A model generated the notes under the pieces. The model was not told where the DNA came from. It did not search any database and saw only the letters and a list, made by a program, of their open reading frames with translations. A program made the position numbers and the translations under genes. A stretch of DNA of 64,000 bases from an uncultured Spirochaetota bacterium (GTDB taxonomy: Bacteria > Spirochaetota > Brevinematia > Brevinematales > JAOACQ01): NCBI GenBank assembly GCA_963768055.1, contig CAVYGN010000001.1, positions 832,001-896,000 on the forward strand, given 5' to 3'. This document shows positions 51,327 through 60,738 of the stretch, piece after piece. Every line of letters begins with the position of its first letter. Within the stretch, counting starts at the first letter, position 1.

Positions 51327-53016
51327 AAATCTCTTCAATCCTCTTTTCCACGGAATCCCGGGGAACGAATTCTTTTTCTGTGCTGTGCCTTTCCTTTATT
51401 TCAAGGGTTCCGTCCTCTTTGAATTTCTTGCCGATAGTTACACGGATGGGGATGCCGATAAGGTCGGCGTCCTTGAACTTCACCCCGGGCCTTTCGTTCC
51501 TGTCATCTATGAGCACTTCGTAATTTTTACATAACTTATTGTAAAGTCCGGTTGCAGCTTTCATGATCTCTTCATCCTCAGTATTAACAGGAATTATGAT
51601 CACATGGAATGGGGCAATCGATATAGGCCAGATTATGCCGTTTTCATCACGGTTCTGCTCAATTACGCAGGCCAGGGTCCTGCCGACACCTATGCCGTAG
51701 GTCCCCATAATCGGATAAACCTCTTTTCCTTCACTATCAAGGACCTTTACATTCATGGAATGAGAATATTTATAACCGAGTTTGAAAATCTGCCCCACTT
51801 CAACACCCCTGTAAGATTCGAGTTTATTCCCGCAGTTCGGGCAGTTATCTCCCTGCCTTACCAGTTCAATATCGATGAAATCTCCTGTTTCAAAATCCCT
51901 CCCCGGGTTAACATTTATAAAATGAGCATCGTTTTTATTGGCGCCTGTGATAACGTTTGTCATAAAAGACACGCTTTTGTCCGCAACTATTTTTATGTTT
52001 TTAAGTCCGATAGGGGAAGCAAAACCGACGGGTGCACCTGTGACTTTTTTCACTGTCGCTTCATCGGCCAGGTCGAGTTCGGCGCATTGGAGGGCATTTC
52101 TAAGTTTTACTTCGTTGATAGTCATGTCCCCTCTGATAACGGCCATAACAGGATTATTATCAGCCGTATAAACTATGCTCTTGATAAAACGATCGGGTGT
52201 AGTATTGAAGAATCCTGTAAGTTCCTCAATTGTCCTGACCCCGGGAGTGCTGACTTCTTCCATTTTCTTTAAGCTGTCCGGCGATTTCCGGAAATCAACG
52301 GCCGAAGTAGCTCTTTCGGCATTGGCTGCGTAATCGCAGGATGAACACTTGATAATTTCCGCTTCACCGATCCTTGACGGAACCATGAACTCCTCGGAAA
52401 CGGAACCTCCCATAACGCCGGAATCGGCCAGAACCGGGACTACTTTGAGTCCGCACCTTGCAAAAATCCTCCGGTATACGCCCCTCATAGTCTCATAACT
52501 ATTATCGAGCCCGGCTTCATCCCTGTCGAAGGAATAAGCGTCCTTCATTATGAATTCCCTGCATCGCATGATTCCGAACCTGGGCCTGATCTCGTCCCTG
52601 AACTTGGTATTGATCTGGTAAAGCATGAGCGGAAGATCTCGATATGACCGAACGTTTTCCCTGACGATAGCTGTAAAGGCCTCTTCATGCGTGGGCCCGA
52701 GCACCATTTCGTTTTCATGCCGGTCCTTCAAACGCATCATTTCGTTCCCCATTTTCTCATACCTACCGCTCTCTTTCCAGAGTTCCGACGGAGTGAGAAT
52801 CGGGGGAAGGAGTTCCTGGCCTCCTGAATTGTCCATTTCTTCCCTTATAATTTTAATGACTTTGAGCTGGGAACGCACGCCCAGGGGCAGAAAAGTATAT
52901 AAACCGGCTCCGACTTTTCTTATAAGTCCTGCCCTTAGCATGAGCACATGGCTTTCGATCTCGGCGTCTTTGGGGTTTTCCCTTAATGTAGGAAGCAGCA
53001 TCTTCGACATGAACAT
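51295..53016 (-). CDS. proS: Proline--tRNA ligase
   Basis: LGPTHEE, KFRDEIRPRFG, INS editing domain, GTYGIGVGR; ATG 53016 after AGGAG. Confidence 0.98.
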   Translation of the reverse strand: MFMSKMLLPTLRENPKDAEIESHVLMLRAGLIRKVGAGLYTFLPLGVRSQLKVIKIIREEMDNSGGQELLPPILTPSELWKESGRYEKMGNEMMRLKDRHENEMVLGPTHEEAFTAIVRENVRSYRDLPLMLYQINTKFRDEIRPRFGIMRCREFIMKDAYSFDRDEAGLDNSYETMRGVYRRIFARCGLKVVPVLADSGVMGGSVSEEFMVPSRIGEAEIIKCSSCDYAANAERATSAVDFRKSPDSLKKMEEVSTPGVRTIEELTGFFNTTPDRFIKSIVYTADNNPVMAVIRGDMTINEVKLRNALQCAELDLADEATVKKVTGAPVGFASPIGLKNIKIVADKSVSFMTNVITGANKNDAHFINVNPGRDFETGDFIDIELVRQGDNCPNCGNKLESYRGVEVGQIFKLGYKYSHSMNVKVLDSEGKEVYPIMGTYGIGVGRTLACVIEQNRDENGIIWPISIAPFHVIIIPVNTEDEEIMKAATGLYNKLCKNYEVLIDDRNERPGVKFKDADLIGIPIRVTIGKKFKEDGTLEIKERHSTEKEFVPRDSVEKRIEEIYEIQTARFFS

Positions 53017-53257
53017 AGACAGGCTCCTATAAATAACAGATGACAAAATTTATTTATATTAAAGGAAAAAGGGTTTTTTTTCAATAAAACAGGAATACAT
53101 AAACAGTAAAATCAAATATAAGGAGTGTAAATTTACACACTCTCTGTGCCTCTGTTTCTCCCGTGTAAAAAACATCACCATACAGCCCTTTGCAGTGAGT
53201 CACAATCTCTGCTATAATTTTAGATGTATTTCACAGAAAACAATAAGGGGCAGCCGG

Positions 53258-54139
53258 ATGTATAATATAAAAATAGGGAATTTATCGTTCCGTAATCCGG
53301 TCATTACAGCATCGGGGACCTTCGGCATGGGCGACGAATTCCGGGATTTTACAGATTATTCAAAACTGGGAGGAATTACCCTCAAGACCGTTACGAAAAC
53401 TTCCAGGAAGGGAAATCCGCCCCCCAGGCTTTATGAAACCGCGGCGGGCCTGTTAAACTCGATAGGCCTTGCGAACGAGGGCTTCGATAAGGTTGCCGGC
53501 GACCTTTCAAAAAAAGACTTTCTCAAGGAAATACCTTCAAACGTGATTTTCAGCGTTTCCGGGGACATTGAATCGGACTTCGCTGAAATGGTCTCCGGAC
53601 TTTCATCTTTTGCAGGGATCTCCATGTTCGAGCTTAACCTGAGCTGTCCGAATATCGAGGAAAACGGGTCGACATTCGATTCCCGGCCCGGTGTTTTAGA
53701 AAGGATAGTAAAAAATGTCTCAAGGGCATTGGAAAATACCTTGAAACCATTTTCAGTTAAGATAAGCCCGATGCAGAATATACCCATCAATTCAAAAATC
53801 GCTGAGGATAACGGCTGCCATGCCCTTACCATATCGAATACATTTCTCGGAACAGCGATAGATATAAAAACGGGGTCATTTATTTTTTCCAATAAGGTTG
53901 CCGGATTTTCAGGCCCGGCGGTAAAACCCATTGCCCTGTATAATGTAATGTGCGCGGCATCCGCGGTGAAAATCCCCGTAATAGCCAGCGGGGGCATATG
54001 CAGCGTTCCGGACGCCGTCGAATTCATGCTTGCCGGCGCGAAATTCGTATCGGTCGGGACTATGAATTTCATAGAACCCGGGATAGCCGTTGAAATTGCC
54101 GATGGAGTGGAGAAGTATTTCGAAGGCAGGGCGGGGTGA
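53258..54139 (+). CDS. pyrD: Dihydroorotate dehydrogenase family 1 (1B-type catalytic subunit)
   Basis: ASGTFG, GNPPPR, NSIGLAN, ELNLSCPN, SGPAVKP. Confidence 0.92.
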   Translation: MYNIKIGNLSFRNPVITASGTFGMGDEFRDFTDYSKLGGITLKTVTKTSRKGNPPPRLYETAAGLLNSIGLANEGFDKVAGDLSKKDFLKEIPSNVIFSVSGDIESDFAEMVSGLSSFAGISMFELNLSCPNIEENGSTFDSRPGVLERIVKNVSRALENTLKPFSVKISPMQNIPINSKIAEDNGCHALTISNTFLGTAIDIKTGSFIFSNKVAGFSGPAVKPIALYNVMCAASAVKIPVIASGGICSVPDAVEFMLAGAKFVSVGTMNFIEPGIAVEIADGVEKYFEGRAG

Positions 54140-54159
54140 CTTTATAAGCGGGCAGAATT

Positions 54160-55749
54160 ATGAAAAAAGCTGAGGCTGCAATTCTAATTCTATTGATGAC
54201 TTTAACAATTATAATGATTCCGGCCCAGGGTAGAATCGACTATTTTCCAGGCGATACCTGGCGGACTTCGACCCCGGAAGCGCAGGGCATGGATTCCGGA
54301 TATCTGGCCCTGATGCTTGACTGCATCAGGCTGAACGACATGGATATCCACAGCATTGTCATTATAAGGCATGGATACGTTGTCCTGGAAGTTTATAAAG
54401 AGCCGTTCGGAAAGGATGTTATCCATAACATCCAGTCCTCCACAAAAAGCTTCACTTCCGCTATGGTCGGCATCGCTTTAAGGGAAGGCTATATTACAAA
54501 CATAGATCAAAGGGTTGTCGATTTATATAAAGACCGGGATATAAAAAATCTGGACGATAAAAAAATGCAGATAACAATCAAGAACCTGCTGACCATGAGT
54601 TCGGGAATTGAATTTAATAATATCATCGGTAATTTCATGATAAAGTATCAGGGATCGGCCGACTGGACACAATTTTATCTTGATCTCCCTATGAAAACGA
54701 AACCCGGTTCAGTTTTTAACTACGACGGCGGGGGAGTGAACCTTCTCATGTCCATTATCCGGAAAACCAGCGGCAGGAGAACTTCCGCTCTTATCGATAA
54801 ATTTCTTTTCAAACCGATCGGCATAACCGATTATATCTGGCAAACGGATTCCAAAAATATTAATACAGGCGCATGGGGGCTTGCTTTAACCCCTATGGAA
54901 ATGGCCAGGTTCGGGTATCTATATTTGAAAAAAGGAAACTGGAATGGAGATCAGATTATACCTTCCGATTGGGTTTCCGCATCCATGTCCGGCCAGATTG
55001 ATTCGTCCTCTTTCTATTCCGGAGCGGATAAAACGGCATTAAAACAGGTAGTCCCGACAGATACGCAGTACGGATTCCTGTGGTGGGGGCTTCCATCCGG
55101 GGGTTTTACAACATGGGGCCAGGGAGGCCAATTTATTATGGTCATGCCAGCCCGGGATATGGTGGTCGTATTTACCGCCGGTTTAGCGCTTGAGGACGGC
55201 TTTAGAATTCCATTGAAATTAACCGAAGATTTTATAAACCAATCCATTCAGTACCCGGGAGGCATCGCTGAAAACCCTGCTAAACAAACCGAACTGATGA
55301 CGGCGATAAGCAATTTCAGGAATCCTGAGAGTAACAATTTGATTGCCATTCCTGAAACAGCCGTAGAAATATCCGGCAAAACTTATGAAATGAAACCGGA
55401 TCCGGGAAATTTCATAAAAGAAAATTTGAAATCCGTAAAGCTGACTTTCAACGGGACAAACGAATGCATATTAGACTGGGATTGGATGGTGATGAATGAA
55501 AAAATTGTAATAGGATTGGATGGAAAATATATTGAAAACAGATTTGAAACTGATCTGCAGAGGAGGAAATTTTCACGCGGTGCATGGATAGATAAGGACA
55601 CATTCATTATTGAATATTACGAACCATTGAACATGGACAGTAAATTCCAGGTTAAGTTTAAATTTAACGGTAACATGCTTGTTATGATTGAGCAATCGGC
55701 TGTCGGCGAATGGCCGGAACTGCAGTTTACAGGGAATTACATACCCTGA
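54160..55749 (+). CDS. Secreted serine hydrolase (beta-lactamase/AmpC-like family)
   Basis: SSTKS (SxxK), LLTMSSG, FNYD, YGFLWW, GQGGQ. Confidence 0.88.
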   Translation: MKKAEAAILILLMTLTIIMIPAQGRIDYFPGDTWRTSTPEAQGMDSGYLALMLDCIRLNDMDIHSIVIIRHGYVVLEVYKEPFGKDVIHNIQSSTKSFTSAMVGIALREGYITNIDQRVVDLYKDRDIKNLDDKKMQITIKNLLTMSSGIEFNNIIGNFMIKYQGSADWTQFYLDLPMKTKPGSVFNYDGGGVNLLMSIIRKTSGRRTSALIDKFLFKPIGITDYIWQTDSKNINTGAWGLALTPMEMARFGYLYLKKGNWNGDQIIPSDWVSASMSGQIDSSSFYSGADKTALKQVVPTDTQYGFLWWGLPSGGFTTWGQGGQFIMVMPARDMVVVFTAGLALEDGFRIPLKLTEDFINQSIQYPGGIAENPAKQTELMTAISNFRNPESNNLIAIPETAVEISGKTYEMKPDPGNFIKENLKSVKLTFNGTNECILDWDWMVMNEKIVIGLDGKYIENRFETDLQRRKFSRGAWIDKDTFIIEYYEPLNMDSKFQVKFKFNGNMLVMIEQSAVGEWPELQFTGNYIP

Positions 55750-55779
55750 AAAAAAACAGGCGGCTGTAACAGCCGCCTG
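55749..55779 (-). terminator. Rho-independent terminator of fba (possibly bidirectional)
   Basis: Perfect 10-bp stem CAGGCGGCTG-TAA-CAGCCGCCTG preceded by an A-run (U-tail on the minus strand), between convergent genes. Confidence 0.85.
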
Positions 55780-55797
55780 CTTCGATTTATATCCGGA

Positions 55798-56811
55798 TTA
55801 TTTCGCTTTCTTCAGCGCTTCCATTATCAAAGGGGCTTTTCCGGCGCTGCCCAAAACGTTCATGTTCTTGTCCGTATACATCTTCTTGAGCGCATCCCTG
55901 GCCGGGCCCAGGTATTTTCTGGGGTCGAATTCCTCGGGTTTATTTGCTAATGTTTCTCTTATTTTGGCCGTCATTACGAGCCTTCCGTCGGAATCTATAT
56001 TTATCTTGGTGACAGCGGACCTTGCCGCCTCTCGGAGCTGGGATTCGGGAATGCCGACAGAATCCTTGAGTTTTCCGCCGTATTTGTTTATTAAAGCAAC
56101 GGCGTCCTGGGGGACCGAGGAAGAACCATGAAGGACGATAGGGAAACCCGGGAGCCTTTTCTCTATCTCGTGAAGGATATCGAGCCTTATTTCTACCTTC
56201 TGGCCGGGTTTGAATTTGTAAGCGCCATGGGAGGTGCCTATCGCTATGGCAAGGGAATCGACGCCTGTTTTGCCTACAAAATCCTGGACCTCCTCAGGTT
56301 TTGTATAGGTATGCTGTTCCGCTTTGACATCATCTTCGATGCCGGCGAGGACGCCGAGTTCTCCTTCTACCGTGACGTCGAACTTATGCGCGTTTTCGAC
56401 GACTTTCCTCGTTAAAATTACGTTGTCTTCATAGGAATGATGGGATCCGTCGATCATAACCGATGAAAAACCCGTTTCAATGCAGGACACTGTGAGCTCA
56501 TACGTGTCTCCATGGTCGAGGTGAAGAGCTATTGGGATCTCTCCCAGGCCTTTAGCTTTAGCTTCCCTTTTCATCATTTCAATCACGCCCTGGCCCATAT
56601 AGCGAAGCAGGGTCTGGTCGGCGTAATCGCGTGCGCCTTTAGAGACCTGAAGAATTACCGGCGACTGGCTTTCCAGGCAGGCCATGACGATAGCCTGGAT
56701 CTGCTCCATATTATTGAAATTATAAGCCGGGACGGCAAAGCCCTCCTTTAAAGCCACCTGAAACATAACCCTTGTGTTTACAAACCCCAAATCTTTGTAA
56801 CTGGTTGCCAT
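55798..56811 (-). CDS. fba: Class II fructose-bisphosphate aldolase
   Basis: ALHLDHG, SVMIDGS, IGTSHGAYK, VLHGSS, KINIDSD. Confidence 0.96.
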   Translation of the reverse strand: MATSYKDLGFVNTRVMFQVALKEGFAVPAYNFNNMEQIQAIVMACLESQSPVILQVSKGARDYADQTLLRYMGQGVIEMMKREAKAKGLGEIPIALHLDHGDTYELTVSCIETGFSSVMIDGSHHSYEDNVILTRKVVENAHKFDVTVEGELGVLAGIEDDVKAEQHTYTKPEEVQDFVGKTGVDSLAIAIGTSHGAYKFKPGQKVEIRLDILHEIEKRLPGFPIVLHGSSSVPQDAVALINKYGGKLKDSVGIPESQLREAARSAVTKINIDSDGRLVMTAKIRETLANKPEEFDPRKYLGPARDALKKMYTDKNMNVLGSAGKAPLIMEALKKAK

Positions 56812-56877
56812 ATTTATCTCCTTTCCGTTATTACTTTATTTGTTTGTCGAATCGTCATTCTGAGAAATTAACGATTA

Positions 56878-57675
56878 CTATAATTTTAATAAATACTTAG
56901 CGTTTTTATAAAATATCTTATTTTCATTTTCAGCGCCCAGGCCCAGCGACTTTATCTTTTCCCGGATAATGACCGGGCTTTCCCATGGAAAATCGCTGCC
57001 GAAAAGGACATTATTGACTCCATGGCCGGTTATGATCTCTTTCATTAGGGCGTCAGGCATTTCCGCAGTATAAGCGGTGTCGAAATAGATATTTTTTTCT
57101 CCGGCAAGGACCCTTAAAACCTCGTCCCAGAGCCTGTACCCGCCCAGGTGCGCAAGAACGATCGTCAACCCTTTGATCCGGGAAACCTGAAGCAGCCTTT
57201 CCGGGGTGGCATGCAGGGTTGTAAACCCGATGTCCCTGCCGCTATGGAAAAGAACTATGAGGCCTTTAGCCGCGCAAGCCTCATATATCGGTGTAAGCTT
57301 ATCGTCGTCGGGATAAAACTCCTGGTATTCCGAATGAAGTTTGATTCCCTTTATTCCGTTAGAAGCGATATAAGAAAGCTCGCCGGAAACATCGGAATTT
57401 TGATTGAAACCCGGGTGCATGGCCCCGAAAGAAATGACGCCCTGGTTCTTTTTATTGGTTTCGATCATCTTTCTGTTAATGGAGACAACCTGCTCCGGGG
57501 TAGTGGCGACAGGCTGGTTGACGGCCAGTCCGACATCCGCGTCTTTCATAAATGAAACAAGCGCGTCATAAGTTCCATTTCCGTAAGGCTTTACTCCGCT
57601 CATACCGCCGAGGTAGTCCATCGCTTTACAGGCAAGGCTGTCCGGGAAAAAATGAACGTGAAAATCAATAGTCAT
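56878..57675 (-). CDS. Amidohydrolase_2-family protein
   Basis: IDFHVH, GIKLH, LAHLGG, FDTA, LFGSDFPW. Confidence 0.9.
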   Translation of the reverse strand: MTIDFHVHFFPDSLACKAMDYLGGMSGVKPYGNGTYDALVSFMKDADVGLAVNQPVATTPEQVVSINRKMIETNKKNQGVISFGAMHPGFNQNSDVSGELSYIASNGIKGIKLHSEYQEFYPDDDKLTPIYEACAAKGLIVLFHSGRDIGFTTLHATPERLLQVSRIKGLTIVLAHLGGYRLWDEVLRVLAGEKNIYFDTAYTAEMPDALMKEIITGHGVNNVLFGSDFPWESPVIIREKIKSLGLGAENENKIFYKNAKYLLKL

Positions 57676-57681
57676 AGGATC

Positions 57682-58818
57682 TTATCTTTTATCTTCCTTT
57701 CTTAAAAAAATCCTTGGGACTCGCTTGGATATATCGCATGTCACCTCGTAAGGGATCTTCTTGCATATGCTGCCGAATTTTTCAACGCTTATGCTTCCGT
57801 TGCCGAATATGGTAGCTTCATCGCCTATAGCTATGTCCACGGGAGATTCTCCGAGTGAAACCATCATGTAATCCATGCAGACCCTTCCGGCTACAGGATA
57901 AGATTTGCCCTTGATTGAAACGCTCCCCTTGTTGGAATATAATGTGGGTATGCCGTCGGCGTAACCGACAGGGAGGACTGCGATATACTCCTTTTCCTTA
58001 GCAACTTCGTATGTCCTGAGATAGCTGACGGTATCTCCTTTTTTCAGCCTGCTGATCGATACAATTCTTGTTTTCAGTGTCATGCAGTTGATGAGGTTTT
58101 CCTGGGGCATAGTAGACATACCATAAAGTGAAAGGCCTGGTCTTATCATAGTCAGCGGGGGCTGCAATGATAGCGGAACATTGAACACCGCCGCACTGTT
58201 AGCTATGTGAAAATGCCTGATTTTCACATCTATCTTTTTAAGTTCCGATATCAGGTCTATGAAAAGCTTGACCTGGTGATTGGAAAATTCAATATCGACA
58301 TCGGCGGAGGGAAAATGAGTATATATTCCGTCAACAATTATACCCTCCATTTTCGAAATTTGTTCAATGCCCATAAGCGCCCTGTCGACCGGTATCCCGA
58401 GACGGCCCATTCCGGTATCGATCTTTATATGGACTTTAGGGTAAATGCCCCGGTAACGGTATGCCTCCGATAGTTCCTTGGCATATTCGACGCTTATAAC
58501 TGTCGGGTAAATGTTGAATTCGATCAATTTACCGAATTCTACGGATTCAACGGGGCCCAATAAAAGAACGGGCAATGAAATGCCGGAACTTCGCAGTTCC
58601 ATAGCCTCGTCTATATTTGAAACGGCCAGATATTCAGCGCCAAGTTTCAGGAGTTCCTGGGAAATCATGACGGCTCCATGCCCGTAAGCGTCTGCCTTAA
58701 CTACACCCATCATTATTGTCGATTCCGGGCAATGTTTTTTCAATTCCAGAAAATTGTTTTTAAGGGCGTCCATATTGATTTCAGCCCAGGTTGGCCGGTG
58801 GGATTTATATTGATACAT
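57682..58818 (-). CDS. alr: Alanine racemase
   Basis: VVKADAYGHG, KIDTGMGRLG, GYADG, GRVCMD. Confidence 0.97.
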   Translation of the reverse strand: MYQYKSHRPTWAEINMDALKNNFLELKKHCPESTIMMGVVKADAYGHGAVMISQELLKLGAEYLAVSNIDEAMELRSSGISLPVLLLGPVESVEFGKLIEFNIYPTVISVEYAKELSEAYRYRGIYPKVHIKIDTGMGRLGIPVDRALMGIEQISKMEGIIVDGIYTHFPSADVDIEFSNHQVKLFIDLISELKKIDVKIRHFHIANSAAVFNVPLSLQPPLTMIRPGLSLYGMSTMPQENLINCMTLKTRIVSISRLKKGDTVSYLRTYEVAKEKEYIAVLPVGYADGIPTLYSNKGSVSIKGKSYPVAGRVCMDYMMVSLGESPVDIAIGDEATIFGNGSISVEKFGSICKKIPYEVTCDISKRVPRIFLRKEDKR

Positions 58819-58899
58819 TACCGCTCCTGTGTTTGTAACGCGGTATTATGATATAATTAAAAAACGTTTTTGTAAAATATTATTGATTGTTCCCGGTAA

Positions 58900-59601
58900 T
58901 CAAGCTACCACAGGGATTCTCTTCCTGCTTTTATGATAGGAGATTATGTCCTCCATCGATATGAAAGCCTTATTCCTGAAGTTATCAAAAATCTGCTTGA
59001 CATGGATAAAGTCTTCATGAGTATCTACTGTAACGCGAATATCCGGGGAGTAATAAAAACCGCTGGCCAGAGGTTCAAGCACCTTGAACGAATCCCTGTT
59101 CTTATAAATAAACGGGGTTACATGTTCCAGATCGTAAGGATTTTTAGCATTTTTATAGGCAGATGTCAGCGCATCCCTGCCGATTATTTCTACTCCGGTC
59201 CCAAGAGGGATCCCCAAAAAATGGGTGAGATCGGCTCCGGCTTCTTCATGATATTCAAGGGTTTTATCAAGGAATTCAGGGCAGACAAGGGGATTATCAC
59301 CCGTGGCCCGGATAATTACATCGCTGTTGAAATGCAATGCCGCCTGGTAATACCTTTCAAGAACATTGTTCTTACTGCCGGTAAAGTATTTTACAAAGTT
59401 CAAATCTTTAAGCGCAGTCTTTATCCGGGAAATAGAATCCTCTGTCGTAGCTATAATTATGTTCCTCACATGCTGAGATAGGGTTAGCCTTTCCACTATC
59501 CAGGCTATCATCGGTTTTTTGCCTATATTTAATATGACCTTTTCGGGAAGTCTTGTTGAATCGAGCCTGGCCTGGATTATCACATCCGCTTCTTTAATCA
59601 T
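58900..59601 (-). CDS. SpsF-like cytidylyltransferase (CTP_transf_3)
   Basis: IIQARLDSTRLPEKV, RATGDNP, EHVTP, RVTVDT.ED. Confidence 0.85.
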   Translation of the reverse strand: MIKEADVIIQARLDSTRLPEKVILNIGKKPMIAWIVERLTLSQHVRNIIIATTEDSISRIKTALKDLNFVKYFTGSKNNVLERYYQAALHFNSDVIIRATGDNPLVCPEFLDKTLEYHEEAGADLTHFLGIPLGTGVEIIGRDALTSAYKNAKNPYDLEHVTPFIYKNRDSFKVLEPLASGFYYSPDIRVTVDTHEDFIHVKQIFDNFRNKAFISMEDIISYHKSRKRIPVVA

Positions 59602-59634
59602 TAGCCGCCTCCCCCTCGTTTAACGCCGGCGAGA

Positions 59635-60597
59635 TTATTTGATATCCTTATTTATTATCGAAATAATTGCGGAATCCTCAACCGGTTTGGATAAAATATC
59701 GTTAATTTTTTTTCCGGATAATTTCAGTTTTTTGAAAAACCACGACATCCTGCTCCATCTGAAAGTAATAAAATAATTTATTACCAGCAGAAATATTTTT
59801 ATCCGACGTGCTTTTAAAAGGGCCCTGTCAGAAATATTCATGAGATTGAATAACAGATAATCGTTTGATGAAAAGTCTACTGATATATCGTCTATCTTCA
59901 CACCGGAATACTCCACCTTGAAATTTCTGACCTGTGTTATAATATAACCCTCCTTCCAGAGTTTATATCCAAGTTCGAGGAGAGTATATTTAAGATCCTC
60001 GTACTCGTTCAATTCAAGGTTTCTGGATATGTAAGCCTCCCTGTTTATAAGGAAACAGAAATACTTGGAGTAAAGGGATGATATTGCGGTTCCGACGATA
60101 TCGACGGATATGGTATCCAGAAAAGAATTCCTGAACCCTCCTTTTATAATGTTCGGTATCACACCATCCCTTTCATCGATTATAAGCGGTATGAGAATCC
60201 CGAAAAAAGTTTCGGAAAGGTACATCCTGAGCACATTAAAATCAAGCGATTTAAGAGTGAAATGTTCATTGATAAAGAGCAGGTTATTTGAAAGACTTTC
60301 ACTTACAGCTATCTTAAATGCAGAGCTTACACTAATCCTGTCTCTCGGTAAAATAACCCTCATCATAGGGAAAACCGCAAGGAGTTTGTCGTATTTATAA
60401 CCCTCTTTTTCAGTATTAATTAGAAGGAATTCGCATATGAAACTTCCGTTTGAAGTGAATTTATAAATCGAATTTATCGTTTCAACAGGATCTGATGTAC
60501 TATTTACTATGAGTGCGATTGTAATATCCGCGGCGGATTTTTTACCGCCTGAACGGATAGAAAAATTGGAAAGTTCAGTATATGATGGCAGCGTCAT
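59635..60597 (-). CDS. Degenerate GT2-like hypothetical protein
   Basis: GT-A-like layout (LELGYKLWKEGY resembles DLGxRAWxxG) with no clear DxD; start taken at MTLPSY. Confidence 0.45.
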   Translation of the reverse strand: MTLPSYTELSNFSIRSGGKKSAADITIALIVNSTSDPVETINSIYKFTSNGSFICEFLLINTEKEGYKYDKLLAVFPMMRVILPRDRISVSSAFKIAVSESLSNNLLFINEHFTLKSLDFNVLRMYLSETFFGILIPLIIDERDGVIPNIIKGGFRNSFLDTISVDIVGTAISSLYSKYFCFLINREAYISRNLELNEYEDLKYTLLELGYKLWKEGYIITQVRNFKVEYSGVKIDDISVDFSSNDYLLFNLMNISDRALLKARRIKIFLLVINYFITFRWSRMSWFFKKLKLSGKKINDILSKPVEDSAIISIINKDIK

Positions 60598-60738
60598 AAT
60601 GGCCTCATATGGAAAATATAAGATTATTTTTATAACGGTTAATATTTTAACCGGATTATCGATTTTTTGCTTGAAAATAAGCGGAAGTATTATTAAAATT
60701 ATGAATAACATGAATATTTTGACAGGTTAAATTTTCAT

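Noticed and set aside
51604..52272. Long antisense ORFs (also 53431-54072, 61645-62313, 33646-34251, 10240-10803, 12858-13415, 58933-59481)
   Set aside because: They lie opposite well-supported genes and show no recognisable motifs; treated as shadow ORFs.
53047..53257. T-box (proS) or PyrR attenuator (pyrD) leader
   Set aside because: No T-box consensus, PyrR-binding loop or terminator/antiterminator pair could be recognised.
54160..55749. Bona fide class C beta-lactamase
   Set aside because: Has YDG and WGQGG instead of YxN and KTG, plus a long C-terminal extension; fits the broad serine hydrolase family.
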